A DNA stretch of 64,000 nucleotides from Candidatus Dojkabacteria bacterium (GTDB lineage: Bacteria; Patescibacteriota; Dojkabacteria; SC72), in the NCBI GenBank assembly GCA_050950145.1, contig JBMNHB010000001.1, positions 140,266-204,265 of the forward strand. The letters are read 5' to 3'. Both the position numbers and the translations under genes were made by a program. Below, one piece after another: positions 9,713-18,492 of this stretch. The notes beneath the pieces were generated by a model. The model worked only from the letters and a program-made list of their open reading frames with translations, had not been told where the DNA came from and made no database searches. Position 1 is the first letter of the stretch. Each line of letters starts with the position of its first letter.

Positions 9713-10102
9713 ATGGCAGAAGTTAAGAAAACTAAAAAATCTACAAAAGGGAATGTTCAGAGTGGAGTTGCCACTATTTTAGCAACATTTAATAATACGA
9801 TTATTACGTTATCAGATGAGAATGGAGAAACTTTAGGACAAGGAAGTCCATCAATGGTTGGTTTTAAGGGAGCAAAAAGAAGCACAGCTTATGCAGCTAC
9901 AAAAGCAGCTATGGATGTAGCAGAAAGGGTTATCAAAAAATATGGATTAAAAGAAGTTAAGGTTATAGTTAAAGGACCAGGAGCAGGAAGAAATGCAGCT
10001 GTTAAGGGTTTAGATTCTGCAGGACTTAGGATAACAATGTTAATGGATAAGACACCTATTCCACATAATGGATGTAGACCAAAGAAAACACCTAGAAAAT
10101 AA
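9713..10102 (+). CDS. rpsK: 30S ribosomal protein S11
   Basis: 129 aa; GVATILATFNNTIITLSDENGETL...AYAAT matches S11. Confidence 0.95.
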   Translation: MAEVKKTKKSTKGNVQSGVATILATFNNTIITLSDENGETLGQGSPSMVGFKGAKRSTAYAATKAAMDVAERVIKKYGLKEVKVIVKGPGAGRNAAVKGLDSAGLRITMLMDKTPIPHNGCRPKKTPRK

Positions 10103-10119
10103 TTTGTATTTATATATAA

Positions 10120-10731
10120 ATGGGTAGATATACAGGACCAAAAGAAAAACTAAGTAGAAGAGAAGGAGTAGAACTCAATCTTAAAGGATCAAGATCTTTT
10201 TCAGATAAAGCAGGATTAAAAAGAAAACCTTTTCCTCCTGGACAGCATGGAGGTAAAAGAAGAGCAAGACTTTCTAACTACGGTTTTCAGTTAAGAGAGA
10301 AGCAGAAAGTTAAAAGAACCTATGGACTAAGGGAGAAAAATATGGTTGCTGCATACAAAGAGTCAGACAGAAGATCAAAAAACAGAAATACAGATAAAGG
10401 ATTAGAATTCTTAAGAATTTTAGAATTAAGACTTGATAATATTGTATATCTTGCAGGCCTAGCTCCTTCTAGAGCAGCAGCAAGACAATATATAACCCAT
10501 GGACATGTAAAACTTAATGGGGAAAAGAAAACCATACCATCCTTTGAAGTTAGAGAGGGTGATTCTGTTGAGTTAAAGCAAGCAAAATTAGCTCCTTCAG
10601 AGAAATTATTCAAGACACCAGATTGGATTGAAACAAAAGGTTCATCTTGTAAGGTTGTAAGATTACCAATTAGAGATGATATTGATGAAGGAATTAAAGA
10701 GAATTTAATTATTGAATTCTACTCTAGATAA
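10120..10731 (+). CDS. rpsD: 30S ribosomal protein S4
   Basis: MGRYTGPKEKLSRREG... with an S4 domain (ARQYITHGHVKLNG). Confidence 0.95.
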   Translation: MGRYTGPKEKLSRREGVELNLKGSRSFSDKAGLKRKPFPPGQHGGKRRARLSNYGFQLREKQKVKRTYGLREKNMVAAYKESDRRSKNRNTDKGLEFLRILELRLDNIVYLAGLAPSRAAARQYITHGHVKLNGEKKTIPSFEVREGDSVELKQAKLAPSEKLFKTPDWIETKGSSCKVVRLPIRDDIDEGIKENLIIEFYSR

Positions 10732-10748
10732 TTTTATTTTATTATCAA

Positions 10749-11711
10749 ATGGAAGTTTTTAAAGATATTAAAGTTACAATTAAAGAAGAAGCAGAGAATT
10801 ACGGACTTTTTGAAATTTCTCCATTACCAAGAGGATATGGACATACATTAGGAAATGCTTTGAGAAGAATTCTGTACTCAAGCTTAAGAGGTTCTGGAAT
10901 TACAAGTGTAACTATAAAAGGGGTTGATCATGAGTACTCAACATTGGAAGGTATTCAAGAAAATATGCTTGATATCATTATGAATCTAAAACAGGTTAAG
11001 TTTAGTACAAAATCAGATGATCCAGCATTTTGTAAAATTAGTGTAAAAGGAAAGAAAGTTGTAACTGCAAAAGATATTCAAACAACAGGAGATGTTGAAG
11101 TTGTAACTAAGGATTTACATATTGCAACCCTAACAGATGCATCTTCATCTCTAGATATGGAAGTTATGATTGAATCTGGAGTTGGATATAAAGCAGCACC
11201 AGCAGGTGGAAGAAAAGAGGTTGGTGTAATTCCTTTAGATTGTGATTTTACCCCAATTGAGAGAGTTAGTTTAATAGTAGAGCAAGCAAGAAAAGGTCAA
11301 GAAACAGACTTAGATGCAGTTTTAATTGGTGTCTTAACAGATGGAAGTATTACACCAAAAGATGCATTACTAGAATCTGCAAAAATACTTCAGGAGTTTG
11401 CAGGTAAAGTCATGATTGCAATGGGAATGGCAGCAAAAGAAGTAGAAGCAATCCAAGAAGAAGTAAATACTCCTGACACACAGGAAGAAGCAGAAGATGC
11501 CCAAAATGATGAAATTGGTGCATGGAAGATTGAAGAGTTACCAATATCTAAGAGATCTAAAACAGGTCTTCTTTCAGGTGGATTTAAAACAGTTGCAGAT
11601 TTAAGAGGTACAACAGCAACAGAATTATTAAATCTTCCAGGTTTTGGAAATAAATCATTAAATGAGATATTAGAACTTTTAAATGAATACGGAATTAATA
11701 TTAACGGTTAA
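10749..11711 (+). CDS. rpoA: DNA-directed RNA polymerase subunit alpha
   Basis: 320 aa; N-terminal domain (FEISPLPRGYGHTLGNALRRILYSSL) and a C-terminal HhH domain. Confidence 0.95.
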   Translation: MEVFKDIKVTIKEEAENYGLFEISPLPRGYGHTLGNALRRILYSSLRGSGITSVTIKGVDHEYSTLEGIQENMLDIIMNLKQVKFSTKSDDPAFCKISVKGKKVVTAKDIQTTGDVEVVTKDLHIATLTDASSSLDMEVMIESGVGYKAAPAGGRKEVGVIPLDCDFTPIERVSLIVEQARKGQETDLDAVLIGVLTDGSITPKDALLESAKILQEFAGKVMIAMGMAAKEVEAIQEEVNTPDTQEEAEDAQNDEIGAWKIEELPISKRSKTGLLSGGFKTVADLRGTTATELLNLPGFGNKSLNEILELLNEYGINING

Positions 11712-11716
11712 TTTTA

Positions 11717-12241
11717 ATGTATAAAGGTGTTAAAACAGTAAAATTAGGAAGAAAAGCGTCACATAGAAGTGCTTTAAAGCAGAACCTCTTAAGGTCACTT
11801 TTAGAGAGAGGTCATGTTGTAACTACAACGCCTAGAGCCAAAGTTCTTAAAAGGGATATGGAATCATTAATAGAGAAAGGGAAGAAGAACAGTGAAGATA
11901 TTAGTTTTGTAAGAAAGTTACAGTTGGTTTTGGGAAATGAAAAACTTACAAAGAAATTCGTTGAATATGTAAAGGGAGAAAAGACAGGAGTGACATTAGT
12001 AAAGATTGGTTTTAGAGCAGGAGATAATGCAGAAAAGACAAAAGTATCTCTTGTAGGAATAGAGAAGAAAAAGAAAACAACTAAAAAAGAGAGAGAAGTA
12101 GAAGGAAAAGAAGAGAAAAAAGAGACAAAAGAAATTAGGAGGGAAGGAAATAGAATAGGATTATTTAGTAGAGATAAGAAGGTTGATACAACTTCTGTTG
12201 TCAAACATACAGAGAGAGCTAGAACAAGATCTGGACTTTAA
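11717..12241 (+). CDS. rplQ: 50S ribosomal protein L17, with a Lys-rich C-terminal extension
   Basis: LGRKASHRSALKQNLLRSLL is the L17 signature. 174 aa against the usual 120. Confidence 0.9.
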   Translation: MYKGVKTVKLGRKASHRSALKQNLLRSLLERGHVVTTTPRAKVLKRDMESLIEKGKKNSEDISFVRKLQLVLGNEKLTKKFVEYVKGEKTGVTLVKIGFRAGDNAEKTKVSLVGIEKKKKTTKKEREVEGKEEKKETKEIRREGNRIGLFSRDKKVDTTSVVKHTERARTRSGL

Positions 12242-12257
12242 TTATTAGTTATAACAA

Positions 12258-12695
12258 ATGAAATATAAAACAGTTTGGACAAAAAAAGAAGACATTGAAA
12301 GAAAATGGTATATAGTTGATGTTAAGGACCAGGTTCTTGGAAGAGTTGTTACTAAAATAGCTTCTCTTTTGATTGGAAAAGAAAAACCTGAAATAGTACC
12401 AGATGTTGATTGTGGAGATTATGTAATTGTAATAAATAGTGATAATGTTAAGTTAACAAGAGGCAAGGAATCAAAGAAAACATATTTCAGACACTCAGGA
12501 TATCCTGGTGGAGCTAAAGAAACTACTTTTGAGAGACAGATGGAGAAAGATTCTACTAAAGTAATAGAAGACGCTGTTAAGAATATGATTCCAAACAATA
12601 AGTCAAGAGAGAGAAGATTAGCAAGACTGTATGTATATAAAAATTCTGTACACAAACATGCTGGACAGAATCCAACAGAGATTAAATTTAATTAA
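12258..12695 (+). CDS. rplM: 50S ribosomal protein L13
   Basis: WYIVDVKDQVLGRVVTKIASLLIGK is a canonical L13 motif. Confidence 0.9.
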   Translation: MKYKTVWTKKEDIERKWYIVDVKDQVLGRVVTKIASLLIGKEKPEIVPDVDCGDYVIVINSDNVKLTRGKESKKTYFRHSGYPGGAKETTFERQMEKDSTKVIEDAVKNMIPNNKSRERRLARLYVYKNSVHKHAGQNPTEIKFN

Positions 12696-12704
12696 TAAAC
12701 AGAA

Positions 12705-13094
12705 GTGAAGTATTTTGAAGGAATAGGAAGAAGAAAAAGATCAACTGCTAGAGTGAGAATCTATGCAGGAGATAAAACATCTACCATCAATGGAAAAGCA
12801 ATAAGTGAGTTTTTTGGTAGTAGAGAAAATGCTGAATCAATAGTACAAAGACCTTTAATAGTTGTTGGATTAGAGAAGAAATATTATTTTACAGCTAAGG
12901 TAAACGGAGGAGGAGTTACAGGTCAATTAGAAGCAATTAGACTTGGACTTGCAAGGGCATTATATAAGATGGATGAGTCATTAAAAGCAACACTTAGAAA
13001 AGAAGGTCTTATTACAAGAGATTCAAGAGAGGTTGAAAGAAAGAAGTACGATCATGTAAAAGCAAGAAAGAAACCTCAGTTCTCCAAGAGATAG
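12705..13094 (+). CDS. rpsI: 30S ribosomal protein S9
   Basis: GRRKRSTARVRI... ending ...KKPQFSKR, typical of S9. Confidence 0.9.
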   Translation: MKYFEGIGRRKRSTARVRIYAGDKTSTINGKAISEFFGSRENAESIVQRPLIVVGLEKKYYFTAKVNGGGVTGQLEAIRLGLARALYKMDESLKATLRKEGLITRDSREVERKKYDHVKARKKPQFSKR

Positions 13095-13117
13095 TTTCTA
13101 TCAGCAAGTTTTCAACA

Positions 13118-13146
13118 TTGACGAGTGTATCTTGTTATTATACAAT
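13118..13146 (+). promoter_or_regulatory. sigma70-like promoter upstream of the hypothetical gene at 13174
   Basis: TTGACG, a 17-nt spacer, then TACAAT, located 28 nt upstream of the ATG at 13174. Confidence 0.4.
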
Positions 13147-13173
13147 TTCTGTATTAAGTTAATTACTTATTCT

Positions 13174-13638
13174 ATGTCAAATATTGAAGATGAGGGGCAA
13201 GAAGTTCCTAATTATGTAGATTTGGGTGATGGTCGTGTAACTATTGAGTATGATGATATAGGACAGAAGCTAGATTTGGCAAATATGTTTCCTGAGAACT
13301 CAGCTGAGCTAGAAGGAGATAAGGTTGAAGAGCTGTATTTTGTTACTAGTAGTGGAAATATATACAATTTAAACTCAGAAGGAATTTTAATAAGTGCAAA
13401 TAGAGGTGGAAAACAATACTGCTTAAAACCTGAAAACCTCAAACACTTGGGTTTAGAGGTTGGTTCTCGTTTTTATCATCCATTTGAACCAAGGGTTATA
13501 AAAACATCTCCTGTTACAAAAATTGTTGCAATAACAGGAAAAAAATATTCAGATGAAATGAAGGGAAATGTAAGAAAGTCTGATATTAAAGAAAAGTTTG
13601 AAGAGATAATGGGTAAAGGGAATGTTCATACTTCTTAG
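13174..13638 (+). CDS. Hypothetical protein (154 aa, acidic N-terminus)
   Basis: ORF MSNIEDEGQEV...; no recognizable motif. The ATG at 13174 is chosen because the track's TTG start overlaps the promoter -10 element. Confidence 0.45.
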   Translation: MSNIEDEGQEVPNYVDLGDGRVTIEYDDIGQKLDLANMFPENSAELEGDKVEELYFVTSSGNIYNLNSEGILISANRGGKQYCLKPENLKHLGLEVGSRFYHPFEPRVIKTSPVTKIVAITGKKYSDEMKGNVRKSDIKEKFEEIMGKGNVHTS

Positions 13639-13727
13639 TTTACCTATAGGGAGACTTCTTCATTGGTTGAAAATTTTTTTTGTATCTCATATCATTTATT
13701 TGTATAAGTTTTCATATACAGATATTT

Positions 13728-14669
13728 ATGGATAAGAAAAAGTTTTTCAGAATAGGTGGGATAGTCCTTCTTGTTATCGTAGGACTTGTTCTAACAGCTG
13801 TGATTGGAATAGCTGTTCTAAAAAATTTTGTTGTAGAACGAAGTCTGAGTTTGCCATATGATTCAGGAGAATATTTTAGTAGTGATCTTGCTGTTCCAAG
13901 TACTTCTCTTAGTATGGATAGTTTTGCTTCTAAATCAGTAGGTGTTGGTAGCAATGAAATGAAAGCCGAGTCAGCATCTCAAGAAGAAACTACTAATACT
14001 TCTCAAAAAGATAAAAATATAATCAAAAGAGGAGACCTTAAAGTAGATGCAGATGATATTGATGCTACTATTAAAGAAATAGATACTATTGCAAAAAAAT
14101 ATCAAGCAGAATCTCAAAATACATATGATAGTGGTAAAGGGATAAGTAGAAGAGTTAATGTTGAGTACAAAGTAAAGGTTGTCGATTTTGAAAACTTTTT
14201 CAATGAGTTAAAGAATATGGGTGTGGAAATAGTGTCTGCATCTTCAGGTATAACTGATGTAACTAATGAGGTTATTGATTTACAGGCAAGGTTGAAGACA
14301 TATAGAAATACAGAAGCACAATTACTTGAAATTCAAAAGACTGCTAAAAATGTGAATGACACAATGGCTGTATATAGAGAGTTGAATAATATTCGCTATG
14401 AAATAGAAAGGATTGAATCTCAACTTAAACATTATGCAAATCAAACAGAATACTCTACGGTTACAATATCAGTCTTTCAGAGTCATGTAGGTGCAGTGAT
14501 AGAAGATGATAAGTGGAGACCATTAGGAACACTAAAGAATGCATTAAGAGCTTTTGTAACTGTTCTTAAAGGTTTAGGTTCAGTACTGATATGGTTAGTA
14601 GTATTTGGGACTCCAGTTGTAATAATAGTTCTTGTTATCAGATACATTGTTAGAAAGAGGAAAAAATAG
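13728..14669 (+). CDS. Membrane-anchored coiled-coil protein, DUF4349-like architecture
   Basis: N-terminal TM (FRIGGIVLLVIVGLVLTAVIGIAVL), central coiled-coil region (LQARLKTYRNTEAQLLEIQ...) and a C-terminal TM (LIWLVVFGTPVVIIVLVIRYI). A TTGAAA-17-TATCAT promoter lies at 13667-13695. Confidence 0.45.
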   Translation: MDKKKFFRIGGIVLLVIVGLVLTAVIGIAVLKNFVVERSLSLPYDSGEYFSSDLAVPSTSLSMDSFASKSVGVGSNEMKAESASQEETTNTSQKDKNIIKRGDLKVDADDIDATIKEIDTIAKKYQAESQNTYDSGKGISRRVNVEYKVKVVDFENFFNELKNMGVEIVSASSGITDVTNEVIDLQARLKTYRNTEAQLLEIQKTAKNVNDTMAVYRELNNIRYEIERIESQLKHYANQTEYSTVTISVFQSHVGAVIEDDKWRPLGTLKNALRAFVTVLKGLGSVLIWLVVFGTPVVIIVLVIRYIVRKRKK

Positions 14670-14681
14670 TATAATGTAGGT

Positions 14682-14984
14682 GTATAAGTACTATTAGATG
14701 GTTGCATCTACCCTTCGGGAGTAGATGAGGAAAGTCCGGACTTCGTGTCAGTCTCGAACATATCGAGATAAGTGCCAACGAGAGTTGGGAGGGAGTGATC
14801 TTTCGGAGAAAAGGGCAACAGAAAGATACCGCCTAGTTTACTAGGTAAGGGTGAAATGGTGGTGTAAGAGACCACCGGGTAGGCAGTAATGTTCTATCGC
14901 TGGTAACCCCCACTTGAAGCAAGGTAAAACCGCTTAGATAGATAACCATCGTTATACAGAATCCGGCTTATTATGTACTTATAC
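14682..14984 (+). ncRNA. rnpB: RNase P RNA (bacterial type A, reduced size)
   Basis: Contains the universally conserved P4 strand GAGGAAAGTCCGGAC (about 14725), AGGGCAACAGAAA, the GGTAAGGGTGAAATGGTGGTGTAAGAGACCACC module and the 3' P4 strand ACAGAATCCGGCTTA. A perfect 10-bp P1 pairs GTATAAGTAC (14682-14691) with GTACTTATAC (14975-14984). The region is GC-rich relative to its neighbours. Confidence 0.85.
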
Positions 14985-15007
14985 ATTTTTATTTTAATGA
15001 AAGAGTA

Positions 15008-15601
15008 ATGGAAAAAGAGGTTTCTAGTCTTCCTGAATGGCTTCAGAGAGAAGTAGAGAAAAAGAATACAATTACAACAATTTATAATAATCTTATTTCT
15101 GGTAGGATAAGTACTAGGAATTTTTCTCCAATCAATGGAATGGACTCATATCAACAATTAACAGAGTTCTATGCATTATTAATACCCGGTTGTTCATCAG
15201 AAGAGTTATTCGTTGCATTAAATAAAAAGCTTAATAAATTAGCTTGGCAAGAGGTTATTATTGATAAGGATTATTTAAGAAACAAGCGAAGAAAAAACGC
15301 TCCTGATATTGATCAATTTGATGAATATCAACTAGGAGTTCTCTCTATGGCATACAGATTAAATATAGTTACTGATGATAATATTAGTTTTCTTAGCAGA
15401 TTAACTAGTTTAGAAGAAATAATTAAGATATCTTTTGATGTTGATAGTACCTCGGAAATAGAGGAGATAAAAGAAAAAGTTCTAACATGTCCAATACCTG
15501 ATAGAGGAGGTAGTTATATTCCAAGCAATCTCCTTTCTTACTTTACAGACTTAGACGATGAAGATTCCGACCTAGACCTTTTAGAAAATTTTGAGTATTA
15601 G
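15008..15601 (+). CDS. Hypothetical protein (197 aa, acidic C-terminus)
   Basis: Long ORF with no recognizable motifs; its 3' end overlaps the convergent fmt by 59 nt. Confidence 0.4.
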   Translation: MEKEVSSLPEWLQREVEKKNTITTIYNNLISGRISTRNFSPINGMDSYQQLTEFYALLIPGCSSEELFVALNKKLNKLAWQEVIIDKDYLRNKRRKNAPDIDQFDEYQLGVLSMAYRLNIVTDDNISFLSRLTSLEEIIKISFDVDSTSEIEEIKEKVLTCPIPDRGGSYIPSNLLSYFTDLDDEDSDLDLLENFEY

Positions 15602-16520
15602 TAATATTTCTTCCCTCAATCTGAAACTCTACCAATCTCAAACACTTACTATTATCTTTTGTTGTAAAAAGCAAATCTTCTCCTTTAACAAAAAGCTTAC
15701 CAATTTCATTACACACATTCTTACAGTTAATTAACTCTGCTTTGTAAATTTTCATTACCTTTTCTGACAAATTCTTATCCTCACCTTTAGGTAACCTAAC
15801 CCATGCAACAGGCCATGGAAGAAAAGCTCTAACCATTCTCTCAATATATACAGGCTTGTACATATCCCATTTGATTTCTGCTTTCTCTTTGGAAATATCC
15901 TTCTGCCAACAATATGTAGCTTTAGAACGATCTTGCTTTTGAGGAACAATCTTGCCGTCTATCCAATTTCTTAAAACAGGAAGAAGAATCTCTGCACTCT
16001 TCTTAACCAACCTCTCTCTTAGTAAAATATTCGTATCATCGGGTCTAATATCTTCTTTGTAAACGTCAAGAACATCACCCTCATCTAAACCTTCACTCAT
16101 TAGCATAATTGAAATACCTGTCTCTTTCTCTCCATCTAAAATAGCTTTCTGTATTGGTACAGCTCCTCTGTATTTAGGTAAAATTGAGAAATGAATGTTA
16201 ATACAACTATACTTTGGATAGTCTAAAAATTCCTTTGGAACAATCTCTCCAAATGCCTTACAAACGACAATATCTGGCTTGTATTGATTGGCAATTTCAA
16301 TATATCTCTCTTTCTTACTCTCTGTATGTTCAACAGGAATATTATTCTCTAAAGCATATCTCTTAACATCAGAAGGAGTCATTATCTGCTTTCTTCCAAC
16401 AGGTCTATCAACTGTTGTTATCACACAAACAACTTCAAAATCTTCACTCTCATGAAGAACTCTTAGAGTCTCTACAGACTCCCAACCACTACCTAAAAAT
16501 ATTGTTTTTACTTTATCCAT
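15543..16520 (-). CDS. fmt: Methionyl-tRNA formyltransferase
   Basis: N-terminal formyltransferase fold (IFLGSGWESVETLRVLHESEDFEVVCVITTVDRPVGRKQ), an SLLP-like motif (HFSILPKYRGAVPIQ) and a C-terminal domain. Confidence 0.9.
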   Translation of the reverse strand: MDKVKTIFLGSGWESVETLRVLHESEDFEVVCVITTVDRPVGRKQIMTPSDVKRYALENNIPVEHTESKKERYIEIANQYKPDIVVCKAFGEIVPKEFLDYPKYSCINIHFSILPKYRGAVPIQKAILDGEKETGISIMLMSEGLDEGDVLDVYKEDIRPDDTNILLRERLVKKSAEILLPVLRNWIDGKIVPQKQDRSKATYCWQKDISKEKAEIKWDMYKPVYIERMVRAFLPWPVAWVRLPKGEDKNLSEKVMKIYKAELINCKNVCNEIGKLFVKGEDLLFTTKDNSKCLRLVEFQIEGRNITNTQNFLKGLGRNLHRLSL

Positions 16521-16550
16521 AGTCGATATTTTACTATAATACAGCAGAAT

Positions 16551-17579
16551 ATGAAAATGTCAGAATTTACATACAACCTATCAGAAGAAAGAATAGCTAA
16601 ATTTCCACCTGAAGAAAGAGGTACTACTAAACTACTTGTTTTAGATAGAAAAGAAAAAAGTATTACACATAGGAAATATTCAGATTGTGTTAAATATATG
16701 AAAGAAGGAGATGTCGTTGTCCTTAATGAAACTAAAGTTGAAAAAAGAAGAACATATTTTGTTGATGGTAAAGAAAGAATACATGAGGTTCTTTTTCTTA
16801 ATCAACAACAAGATGGAAGTTGGTTATGTTTAATAAAAAAGAGTAAGCAACTTAATGAAAACGATATTCTTAGTAACCTGGTTTGTAAAGGAATCCAGTT
16901 GCAGATTGTAAAAAAGAGTGAAAAAGGGGTTGTTGTTAAATTACTATCGGACCTAAATCCAGAGGAAGTTTTTGAGAAGGTAGGACATACACCAATTCCT
17001 CCGTATATGAAGAGGGAAGATACAGAAGAAGACTTTGAGAGATACAACACAGTATTTGGAAAACATTTTGGTTCTGTTGCCTCTCCAACTGCTAGTTTGA
17101 ATTTAACAGAAGATCTTTTAGAAAAAATTAAAAAGAAAGGTGTGAAAATAGCCAAAGTTGATTTAAAAGTAGGTTGGGGTACATTTGCTCCTGTTAGGGA
17201 AGAGAATATTGAAGATCATGAAATTCATGAAGAAGAAATTTCATTACCATTAACTTCTGCAAATGTTATTAATGAAGCTATTGAAAACGGTGGAGATGTT
17301 TGGGCTTTTGGAACAACAGTTGCAAGACTACTTGAGAGTTGTGCAACAAAAGATGGTTTTGTAAAAGCATATGATGGTATTACAAATCTTTACATCTATC
17401 CGGGATATGAATGGAAAGTTGTTGATCATTTAATCACAAACTTTCATATGCCTGATTCTTCTTTGATTCTTCTAGTTTCATCATTTGCAGGAAAAGAGTT
17501 AATTAAAAAAGCATATGATGAGGCTTTGAAAAATGAATATATGTTCCTAAGTTATGGAGACAGTATGTTAATCCTTTAA
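16551..17579 (+). CDS. queA: S-adenosylmethionine:tRNA ribosyltransferase-isomerase
   Basis: 342 aa; FTYNLSEERIAKFPPEERGTTKLLVL is the QueA N-terminal signature. tgt is nearby. Confidence 0.85.
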   Translation: MKMSEFTYNLSEERIAKFPPEERGTTKLLVLDRKEKSITHRKYSDCVKYMKEGDVVVLNETKVEKRRTYFVDGKERIHEVLFLNQQQDGSWLCLIKKSKQLNENDILSNLVCKGIQLQIVKKSEKGVVVKLLSDLNPEEVFEKVGHTPIPPYMKREDTEEDFERYNTVFGKHFGSVASPTASLNLTEDLLEKIKKKGVKIAKVDLKVGWGTFAPVREENIEDHEIHEEEISLPLTSANVINEAIENGGDVWAFGTTVARLLESCATKDGFVKAYDGITNLYIYPGYEWKVVDHLITNFHMPDSSLILLVSSFAGKELIKKAYDEALKNEYMFLSYGDSMLIL

Positions 17580-18403
17580 AAATTTTTCTTTGCAGAAAAT
17601 ACAATTTTAGTATTCCATCTCCTATCACCAACTTCAATAATCTTGTTTAGATATGTGAAATACTCTTCCTGTTTCACTAATTTTATATCTTCAATTACAT
17701 ATCCTGCTTTAGAAAAAAGATTTCTATACGTCTCTAATGAAGCAAAATTTACAATCTCTTTTGCTTCTCTGTAAAGGCTGTCAAAACCCCATGTATATTT
17801 ATTAAGGAACTCTCTAACCTCATACCATGCTCCAGTAATATTCCCATTTTGTATAGTTAAATGATTAGGGAAAGGACTCAGGTATGTGTATTTATTAAGA
17901 AATGTCTTTGCTTCTTCTACATTCCTTAACTTGAATGACTCTACTTCATGAATATTTGAACAAGATGCAGTATCTAAGACACCGTCTCTCACAATTATCC
18001 TTCCACTGTTTGTTAAATATTTTGAAAGTGTTTTAAGCAGTTCAACTACAGAAACAAACCCATCTTCATATGAATATATTTCATGAAGCAAGGAATTTAG
18101 AATTATGTAATTAAACAATCCATTCTCCAGAATAAAAGCGTCTAATTCATCAAACTTAGATAGAAAAATATTGTTTGGATAGTTTTCCTTTGCTCTCTCA
18201 ATCATGAAATCCGATTTATCAAAACCCACAGAGATAGAAGAGGGATGTATAGTATTTAGATATTTGAATATACTACCTGATCCACAGCCAAAATCTAGAA
18301 TATTGCTTTTCTCCGGCTCTTTGTATTGAATGAAATCAAAGATGATAAGCTTGTCGTCTACATTTTTTTCCATTCTTTGTGCATATATCTGTTCGTTTCC
18401 CAT
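17576..18403 (-). CDS. Class I SAM-dependent methyltransferase
   Basis: SAM-binding motif I (ILDFGCGSGSIFKYL) and an acidic post-I residue (VGFDKSD). Substrate unknown. Confidence 0.7.
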   Translation of the reverse strand: MGNEQIYAQRMEKNVDDKLIIFDFIQYKEPEKSNILDFGCGSGSIFKYLNTIHPSSISVGFDKSDFMIERAKENYPNNIFLSKFDELDAFILENGLFNYIILNSLLHEIYSYEDGFVSVVELLKTLSKYLTNSGRIIVRDGVLDTASCSNIHEVESFKLRNVEEAKTFLNKYTYLSPFPNHLTIQNGNITGAWYEVREFLNKYTWGFDSLYREAKEIVNFASLETYRNLFSKAGYVIEDIKLVKQEEYFTYLNKIIEVGDRRWNTKIVFSAKKNF

Positions 18404-18492
18404 TCCTTATCCGTTATATCCTTCCATAACCGTTTTTGTCAAATCTAGGGTGTAATTGCAGAATTGTGGTGTTTAGTATGGTATAACTAGAT

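Noticed and set aside
13132-13173. Longer N-terminus (TTG start at 13132) for the hypothetical protein after rpsI.
   Set aside because: The extension overlaps a near-consensus promoter (-10 TACAAT at 13141-13146). The ATG at 13174 is more plausible.
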